Of a stretch of 39,325 bases of DNA, positions 33,675 to 39,325 are shown piece after piece; position 1 is the stretch's first letter; the number at the start of each line of letters is the position of its first letter. A program made the translations under genes and the position numbers. Location: assembly GCA_902780365.1 (NCBI GenBank), contig CACZFE010000003.1, positions 1-39,325 on the forward strand, written 5' to 3'. Under the pieces are notes generated by a model. That model worked only from the letters and a program-made list of their open reading frames with translations. It was not told where the DNA came from and searched no databases. Source of the DNA: an uncultured Spirochaetales bacterium. GTDB taxonomy: Bacteria; UBP6; UBA1177.

Positions 33675-34682
33675 TCAGCTTTTTACTGCCTTGACTCTGT
33701 CGGCGATTTTTTTCGTGAAATTGCGCTCGGAATAGCGTTTTAATCTCAAAATCGCGTTTTTGAACGCTTTTTTGTCGCTTCTTCCGTGACCGATCCCGAT
33801 AAAGTGGTTCACACCGAGCAGAAACGCCGTTCCGTAAAGGTTATACTGGAACATTCTGAAAACTTCGCCGAAAACTTTGTTGAAAACAAATGTCTGCACT
33901 TTGGCAAGCTGCGGCGGCGCGATCTTCGCCTTGATGAGCTGCGAAATAGTTTCTGTCAAACCTTCGACAGTTTTCAGCGCGACATTTCCGGTGAAAGCGT
34001 CCGTTACGACGACATCGGTTTCGGGATGCGAAAAAAGGATGTTGCTTTCAATGAAACCTTTGTAATTTAGCTGAGATTCCTTAAACATTTCAGCTGCTTC
34101 AGCGATTTTTTTGCTTCCTTTGCCTTCTTCTGTGCCGACATTCAGGATCGAAATTTTCGAATCTTCAAGACCGGTCATGAAAAAGCGGTAAGCCTCGCCC
34201 AGAACGCCGAAATCAAAAAGGTTTTCCGCTTTCGGGTCGAGAGTCGCGCCGAGATCCAGAATGATGAGTTTGTGCTTGTCGACAGAAGGATAACTCGTTG
34301 CCAGAGCGGGGCGTGTGATATTCGGGATAACGCCGCTTTTGAAGTATGCAGCTGTCACGATCGCGCCGGTATTTCCCGCTGAAAAGAACGCGTCGCCCTT
34401 ACCCTGAACAAGCAGATCGAGCGCGACATGGACCGAAGAATTTCCTTTATTCCGGAAAGCAAGAGAAGGAGTTTCACCCATTTCGATACTTTCGCCGGCA
34501 TCGATAATTTCAAGGTTTTCAGGGATTTTCGCATCGTCCAGAGTGTCTTGGATCAGATTTTTGGAACCGACAAGCAGAATTTTAATGTCAGGATTTTCGT
34601 TACAGACTTCTAAGGATGAAAAAACGGGAACAACAGGAGCGTTGTCCCCGCCCATAGCATCAACAATGACAGTTGATGTCAT
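33675..34682 (-). CDS. plsX: phosphate acyltransferase PlsX
   Basis: MTSTVIVDAMGGDNAP..., GNTGA and IGHGRS motifs, immediately downstream of rpmF as in most bacteria. Confidence 0.95.
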   Translation of the reverse strand: MTSTVIVDAMGGDNAPVVPVFSSLEVCNENPDIKILLVGSKNLIQDTLDDAKIPENLEIIDAGESIEMGETPSLAFRNKGNSSVHVALDLLVQGKGDAFFSAGNTGAIVTAAYFKSGVIPNITRPALATSYPSVDKHKLIILDLGATLDPKAENLFDFGVLGEAYRFFMTGLEDSKISILNVGTEEGKGSKKIAEAAEMFKESQLNYKGFIESNILFSHPETDVVVTDAFTGNVALKTVEGLTETISQLIKAKIAPPQLAKVQTFVFNKVFGEVFRMFQYNLYGTAFLLGVNHFIGIGHGRSDKKAFKNAILRLKRYSERNFTKKIADRVKAVKS

Positions 34683-34688
34683 TTAAAC

Positions 34689-34871
34689 CTATTGTTCGGA
34701 AACAGAGATTATCTCTTTGCCTTTATAGTTGCCGCAGCTCGGGCAGATACGGTGCGGAAGCATCGGTTCGCCGCATTTCGGGCAAGCTATAGTGGTCATC
34801 GGGTTTGATTTAAGGTGTCCGCCTCTTCTTTTTTTCGAGCGTGCTGAGCAGTGTTTTCTCTTTGGAACCAT
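34689..34871 (-). CDS. rpmF: 50S ribosomal protein L32
   Basis: MVPKRKHCSARSKKRRGGHLK...CPKCGEPMLPHRICPSCGNYKG matches the L32 N-terminus and zinc ribbon. Confidence 0.95.
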   Translation of the reverse strand: MVPKRKHCSARSKKRRGGHLKSNPMTTIACPKCGEPMLPHRICPSCGNYKGKEIISVSEQ

Positions 34872-34890
34872 TGAATCCTCCTAATTTAGT

Positions 34891-35328
34891 TTATTCGCCG
34901 GATCTGTCGCAGCCGCAGTCTCCGAGATTGAGGTCTGCGCCGCACTTTGAGCAGAGGCCTTTGCAATCCTCGCTGCAAAGCACTTTTCCCGGCATGTTCA
35001 TAACAAGTGTCTCCCTGACATAATCGTCAAGCTCTATCTCGTCGCCTGAATAAAAATAGTCGACATCCGGCGTGTTTTCGGGAAAAAGATAGTAGGTCTC
35101 GTCCAGATCCATATCCAGTTCCAGATCAGCAAGACATCTGTCGCACGCAGTCAGAACAACCGCATTGCCGAAAAATCTGAGAGAGATCGTTTCAGCGGCG
35201 CGGTAGAACTCGACTTTGAGCGAGACATTTTTTATTTTGGCACTTTCCCCGAGCTCGTCTCCGGCGATGTGATATTCGACATCACGGGTAACTTTCGACT
35301 CGGTGATTTCACTAAGATAAAGCAGCAT
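34891..35328 (-). CDS. yceD: YceD/DUF177 family protein
   Basis: C-terminal CSEDCKGLCSKCGADLNLGDCGC is the DUF177 Cys cluster, and yceD-rpmF-plsX synteny is conserved. ATG 35328 is preferred over the TTG at 35340 (GGTGG lies 5 nt upstream). Confidence 0.8.
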   Translation of the reverse strand: MLLYLSEITESKVTRDVEYHIAGDELGESAKIKNVSLKVEFYRAAETISLRFFGNAVVLTACDRCLADLELDMDLDETYYLFPENTPDVDYFYSGDEIELDDYVRETLVMNMPGKVLCSEDCKGLCSKCGADLNLGDCGCDRSGE

Positions 35329-35379
35329 TTCAACCACCAAAAAAATAACTGCGGGAATATACTCGAAAAAGTTGAAATG

Positions 35380-36483
35380 TCAAGGTAAATCGTCAGTGCG
35401 GCTCAAAACGCACACTGTTTCAAAGTGCGGAGTGTCGGGAAAAAGGTCGAGAATATACAAATGTTTCACGTGAAACCTTTTTGCAAAAAATGTCTTGAGA
35501 TCCCGTACTAAATTAGGCGGCTCGCAGGCGATATAAACGACATTTTCAGTTGAATCGCAGACGATTTCCGAAAGTTTTTTCCCGAGTCCTTCACGCGGCG
35601 GGTCTGCAACGACGAGGTCTGTTTTTTCGAGTTTTTCCAGTTTGTAGGCGTCGATTTTCACGATTTCCGCTTTGTCGCCCAAATTTTCGGCAAAACTTGC
35701 GCACGACTCCGGAACTATTTCGTAACCTGTCGTTTTTATTCCTTTTTCGGCTAAGAAAAGCGAGAAGAGGCCTCCTCCGCAGAATAAATCGGCTGCAGTT
35801 TCGGGGTTAAGTTTTTCAACTTCGCGCATCAGAAGCTCGACCATGATCCCGGCTCCTTCTTCGGACGATTGAAAAAAACAGTTTTCTTTGATTTTTACAG
35901 TTTTTCCGCAGACCGATTTTTCCATGCTTTTCGCTTTCGGCATGAAACCGCCCGTGATTTTCGAGTATTCATACTGGATATTTCCGCGCCTTTTCGCGAT
36001 GTCGGCTTTGATTTTGTCGAAAAAAACGGGGTCGAGAAGCGGACATTCATCGATCACGACAAGTTCGTTGCTCCTTTTTCTGCGGTACGCAGGCATCCCT
36101 TTCAGCGCGAAAAATTTTGCCCGCGTCCGCATTCCGAGTTCTCCGGGAGTGATTATTTCGGGCTCGATTTCAAGTGTGATCCCGTTCTGCTTCAGAAGTT
36201 CCGCGAAAATCTCCTTTTTGATCCTCAGCTGCGCCGGGTAGGAAATGTGCTGGAGCGAGCAGCCGCCGCATGTTCCATAGTGTTTGCAGAGCGGCTTTCT
36301 GCGCTCGGGAGACGCTTCAAGAATGTCGAAATCTTCAACGTAAAAGAAACTTTTTTCTTTGACCGCGCTTTTGATATCGACCGTTTCGCCGGGGCAGGTG
36401 TATGGAACGAAAAAAGTTTTTCCGTCCGCCCAGCCGATCCCGCAGCCGTTTGAAATTATCTTCGCGATCCTGACTTCCGTCAT
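35380..36483 (-). CDS. RumA/RlmD-type SAM-dependent RNA (uracil-C5) methyltransferase with TRAM domain and Fe-S cysteines
   Basis: N-terminal TRAM-like beta barrel. Cys cluster CKHYGTCGGCSLQH plus ECPLL. SAM site DLFCGGGLFSL. VVADPPREGL and the catalytic YIACEPPNLVRDL are also present. Confidence 0.85.
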   Translation of the reverse strand: MTEVRIAKIISNGCGIGWADGKTFFVPYTCPGETVDIKSAVKEKSFFYVEDFDILEASPERRKPLCKHYGTCGGCSLQHISYPAQLRIKKEIFAELLKQNGITLEIEPEIITPGELGMRTRAKFFALKGMPAYRRKRSNELVVIDECPLLDPVFFDKIKADIAKRRGNIQYEYSKITGGFMPKAKSMEKSVCGKTVKIKENCFFQSSEEGAGIMVELLMREVEKLNPETAADLFCGGGLFSLFLAEKGIKTTGYEIVPESCASFAENLGDKAEIVKIDAYKLEKLEKTDLVVADPPREGLGKKLSEIVCDSTENVVYIACEPPNLVRDLKTFFAKRFHVKHLYILDLFPDTPHFETVCVLSRTDDLP

Positions 36484-36484
36484 G

Positions 36485-37030
36485 CTAAATTCCCGTCGTT
36501 CCCGCTTTCAGAGCCGTGAGCAGCATAATCGACTTTGCATCGACGATCTGTTTTTCGGCCATCATTTTTTCGGCAACCTCCTGCGTTACTTCGAGTATTT
36601 CGAGATCCTCGTCAATTTCGGGAAAGAGTTTGCGCTCGCCTTCGGGGATCTTTTCGACGATAGCTGTGAAATAGTGCATATACTCGTCGCTGCAGCCGCA
36701 TGAAGTGTAGGCTTCGAAGCTTTTTACGAGCTTTACAGGGCGGTATCCTGTCTCTTCCTCAAGTTCGCGGACAATGCAGTGTTCAGGCGCTTCGCCTTTG
36801 TCGATCTTTCCTGCCGGGATCTCATAGATCCAGCGGTCAATCGGCGTTCTGTACTGTTTTTCGAGAAGGATTTTGCCCTCTTTCGTTATCGCCAGCACCG
36901 AAGCCGTTCCGCAGAACCTGATGACCGAATGACGGACCCTTCGTCCCGACTTGTCGAGCTCGACTTCCGACACCGTGAAAACCCGCATGTCTGCGACTTG
37001 TTTTTCTGAAATTATCGTGTTTTTTGCCAT
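36485..37030 (-). CDS. Nudix hydrolase (ADP-ribose pyrophosphatase-like)
   Basis: Nudix box GKIDKGEAPEHCIVRELEEETGY fits Gx5Ex7REUxEExGU. Confidence 0.85.
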   Translation of the reverse strand: MAKNTIISEKQVADMRVFTVSEVELDKSGRRVRHSVIRFCGTASVLAITKEGKILLEKQYRTPIDRWIYEIPAGKIDKGEAPEHCIVRELEEETGYRPVKLVKSFEAYTSCGCSDEYMHYFTAIVEKIPEGERKLFPEIDEDLEILEVTQEVAEKMMAEKQIVDAKSIMLLTALKAGTTGI

Positions 37031-37105
37031 GTTTCACCTCCAAAAGTACAAAAACTGCGGTTTTATATTGCAAAATGGAATTTTAGGCAAAAACAAATGT
37101 CAGCT

Positions 37106-37189
37106 GCGGAGAAGTGGTTGGTCGCAGAGCCTCGGTCACTGAGCCTGTCGAAGCACTACCTCACACAATGGACGGAATATTTATTGATT
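37106..37189. repeat. direct repeat copy 1 flanking the AbiE cassette (contains a remnant of a lipoprotein gene 3' end)
   Basis: The core 37125-37173 (49 nt) matches 38815-38862 with one indel and one substitution. On the - strand it reads ...V H C V R TAG, against ...V R C V R TAG at the real gene end in copy 2. Weaker similarity extends to 37106 and 37189. Confidence 0.85.
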
Positions 37190-37191
37190 TT

Positions 37192-38031
37192 TTATGAGAT
37201 CAAATCCAGCAGTTTCTCAATGCTTTCAACAGCTTGTTCGAACGAAACATCGGCTGCATACGGCATTTTCTTTGTGTATTTCTGCCACAAATCTTTCAGG
37301 TTTTCCGAATTTTTTATGGCTGCAATCAAATCAGGAATCTGTGAAAGAATTTTTTCACTGCCTCTGTGCTCGCAAGTCCGTTGAAGAGCGGTTTTCAAAT
37401 CTTTGGTATTTATCCGTGTTAAATCCGCACTTAAAACATATACATCGTAAAAATCACGCGGGCGGGTTGTCGTGATATTCCTGACAAGAATCGTTTCCAG
37501 TTTTTCCGCAAGAACATTTTCAAAGGGATAAGAAAGCAGCGAAATCGAGCCGTTTCCAAAGATTTTCGCGAATTCATGTCTGCGCGGTTTCGGATAAATG
37601 CTGTCTCCGGCAGTGATATCCAAAGTCAAAGTGTGGTGCATTTTTTCGTAATCAGCCAACACGAACGCCCTGAAACCGTTGTATTTGTCGTCCTCGCGAA
37701 TCGGTTCGACCCGATCCGGAGAAAAGATAAAATCATCATCGTTTTCGATTGCACAAACATCTGAAATTATTCTTGTTATGACATTTTCATCAAGCGGAAG
37801 ATTGTTGATAGTCGTGTCGATATCCATCGTAGTTCGGTGCGAAATTCCTACAAAAGATGCTATCAGAACACCGCCTTTTATTATAAAACGGTCTGCATAT
37901 TCCGATTTTTCAAGGCGTTCAAGAAAACATTCCATCAGATAATTCTGCAGCATAATCTGCGGCGGAACGGAAAGTTCCTTGGATTTGTTATTGATTCTGG
38001 CTTTAAGCTGCATCGCGTTTTCGGTTTTCAT
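37192..38031 (-). CDS. abiEii: AbiEii/AbiGii-family nucleotidyltransferase toxin (type IV TA)
   Basis: The N-terminus ...LQNYLMECFLERLEKSEYADRFIIKGGVLI...RTTMDIDTT is the DUF1814/AbiEii pattern. It overlaps the upstream antitoxin gene by 4 nt. Confidence 0.82.
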   Translation of the reverse strand: MKTENAMQLKARINNKSKELSVPPQIMLQNYLMECFLERLEKSEYADRFIIKGGVLIASFVGISHRTTMDIDTTINNLPLDENVITRIISDVCAIENDDDFIFSPDRVEPIREDDKYNGFRAFVLADYEKMHHTLTLDITAGDSIYPKPRRHEFAKIFGNGSISLLSYPFENVLAEKLETILVRNITTTRPRDFYDVYVLSADLTRINTKDLKTALQRTCEHRGSEKILSQIPDLIAAIKNSENLKDLWQKYTKKMPYAADVSFEQAVESIEKLLDLIS

Positions 38032-38615
38032 TGGATCGCCTCCAAATAGGAGAGAAGTTTTTTCTCGACATGGAAAATCTTTCCGAATTTCATCAGCAGC
38101 AGAAAGTCTTTTTGCGGTGATGCCACATATTTCCTTAAAGCCGGGATAAACCGCTCTTTATCAAGTCCTGAAGGCTTGTGCAGGAGTTCGCACAATGTCC
38201 TTTCAATGCAGTAAACCCGCAGGTCGTTACCAAGATCAGACTTTATAAGCACAACTCCTTCATTCAAGGATTCTTTTGCAACATGACGCACATCGTATTC
38301 AGCGGACAGCGTTTTTGAAATATAGCCGTGCGGAACCGAAAGCGTGTATTTAAACGGAATCTGATCCGAATACCCGTTCAGAAACAATGCCGTCTCATGC
38401 GAAAATACAGCTTTCGGGCAAAGCAGCTGAGTGATAAAAAGTTCGTCAGGAATAACATCGCCCATAGCATATAGACCGTAACGGACTTTCTGAATTTTCT
38501 GAGCATTCAAAAGTTCCTGCAACTGCCAGCGTGAAATTCCGGCATCTGTCGCATTTTTCAAAGTAAAATAGCCGTTTTTAGCTTTTGCTATTTTGTTTAT
38601 CACATTATCTGCCAA
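38028..38615 (-). CDS. abiEi: AbiEi-family antitoxin/transcriptional regulator
   Basis: N-terminal winged helix (GYFTLKNATDAGISRWQLQELLNAQKIQKVRYGLY), a size of about 195 aa, and translational coupling to the AbiEii gene. Confidence 0.8.
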   Translation of the reverse strand: MADNVINKIAKAKNGYFTLKNATDAGISRWQLQELLNAQKIQKVRYGLYAMGDVIPDELFITQLLCPKAVFSHETALFLNGYSDQIPFKYTLSVPHGYISKTLSAEYDVRHVAKESLNEGVVLIKSDLGNDLRVYCIERTLCELLHKPSGLDKERFIPALRKYVASPQKDFLLLMKFGKIFHVEKKLLSYLEAIQ

Positions 38616-38795
38616 GATAACCTCTCAGACGTTTTATACTATAAGCTTGAAAAATTGTTGTACGAATTGAAAGAACTGAAATATTTGTAGCATGATAAAG
38701 AAAAATTTCAAGTTTGTTTTAAACTATGCGGAGAATTCAGATAAAACTAATAAAAGTTGAACTTGCCTCTAACTCAGGGAGATGTGGCACAAAGT

Positions 38796-38862
38796 GCCGG
38801 AGAGGGCTTGGCTACAGAGCCCGGTCACTGAGCCTGTCGAAGCACTACCTCACACAACGGAC
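38796..38862. repeat. direct repeat copy 2 flanking the AbiE cassette (overlaps the stop and last codons of the lipoprotein gene)
   Basis: See copy 1. Positions 38845-38862 are the stop codon plus the last five codons (VRCVR) of the - strand lipoprotein gene. Confidence 0.85.
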
Positions 38863-39325
38863 CCAAAGCTTGGTACTTTTATTGAGGTAGCCCACATCTC
38901 CAGTGAGGAAGCCAACATTCCAAGCGATATTGGAATTATCTGATTCAGATGAAGACCAAAGAGTAACATTCTCATCATCCTCCAGAAGGCTGTAATGTCC
39001 GCCATTGTCGCAATGACAGTCTTCGATGCTCCAGTCATCCAGAGAGAGATGATCAGGGGCTGAAACAGCGCATGAACCGCCTGTCTGCGAATTTGGACAG
39101 TTTTGAATAAGCGTTCTTAACTCGTTTATATTCGGCAGCCGCCAGTCGGAATATCCGCATTCGTTCAACCCGTCACAGTAATCAAGTGCTTCCTGCCACT
39201 CCATGGTATCCGATGACAGCGGCGACCACCAGCCGCTGTTGATTGTTGCGCAGTTTCCTGAATCGGAGCTGCTGCCACCGCCGCAACCAATCATCAAAAA
39301 CATTGTAATCATTGCAAAACAAACA
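38845..39325 (-). CDS. DUF1566-domain lipoprotein, probably 5'-incomplete at the window edge
   Basis: GYSDWRLPNINELRTLIQNCPNSQTGGSCAV...LWSSS...LWVRCVR, paralogous to 32365-33540. The frame stays open upstream of Met 39312 to the window end (..VCFAMITMFLMIGC looks like a signal h-region plus lipobox), so the true start is probably beyond 39325. Confidence 0.72.
   Translation of the reverse strand, partial: VCFAMITMFLMIGCGGGSSSDSGNCATINSGWWSPLSSDTMEWQEALDYCDGLNECGYSDWRLPNINELRTLIQNCPNSQTGGSCAVSAPDHLSLDDWSIEDCHCDNGGHYSLLEDDENVTLWSSSESDNSNIAWNVGFLTGDVGYLNKSTKLWVRCVR

Noticed and set aside
35869-36453. 194-aa and 117-aa + strand ORFs inside the methyltransferase gene
   Set aside because: They are antisense to a gene with clear TRAM, Fe-S and SAM motifs. 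The translations are F/R-rich with no motifs.
37097-37384. 95-aa + strand ORF starting in the Nudix/AbiE spacer
   Set aside because: Its N-terminus is simply the translation of the direct repeat (..VAEPRSLSLSKHYLTQW..), and the rest is antisense to abiEii. There is no RBS.

Overview
This is a bacterial chromosomal window with no rRNA, and I cannot assign a taxon from the sequence alone. All domain calls come from motifs read by eye; no database search was possible.

- **1-12.07 kb:** the canonical cluster tuf(3' end)-rpmG-tRNA-Trp-secE-nusG-rplK-rplA-rplJ-rplL-rpoB-rpoC. It is ordinary except that rpoC loses a conserved C-terminal block and changes frame at about 11797-11803.
- **12.15-20.9 kb:** a tightly packed + strand operon. 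It encodes a DUF4416-like protein, a nucleoside-phosphorylase-like protein, RecC, a membrane Ser/Thr kinase with beta-propeller repeats whose ATG overlaps the recC stop, and a TraB-family protein.
- **20.9-33.7 kb:** an AT-richer accessory/defence island between the traB-like gene and plsX, with no integrase or transposase. It holds an AAA ATPase (DUF4143 type), a Cys-rich EGF-like/DUF1566 lipoprotein, an HTH-Fic protein and a WYL regulator. These are followed by two units of [conserved ~140-nt leader repeat, signal-less BspA-type LRR protein, type IV restriction module]. The modules are a DUF262/DUF1524 GmrSD-like gene and then McrBC-like genes. A third leader copy in front of another DUF1566 lipoprotein closes the array. 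Leader copies 2 and 3 carry a remnant of the WYL gene 3' end.
- **33.7-39.3 kb (- strand):** plsX-rpmF-yceD, a RumA/RlmD-type methyltransferase and a Nudix hydrolase. Next comes an AbiEi/AbiEii cassette flanked by ~50-70-bp direct repeats that include a 3' remnant of a DUF1566 lipoprotein gene. A 5'-open DUF1566 lipoprotein lies at the window edge.

**Best candidate for something undescribed:** the WYL-headed, repeat-delimited array in which cytoplasmic LRR proteins are paired with two different type IV restriction modules.
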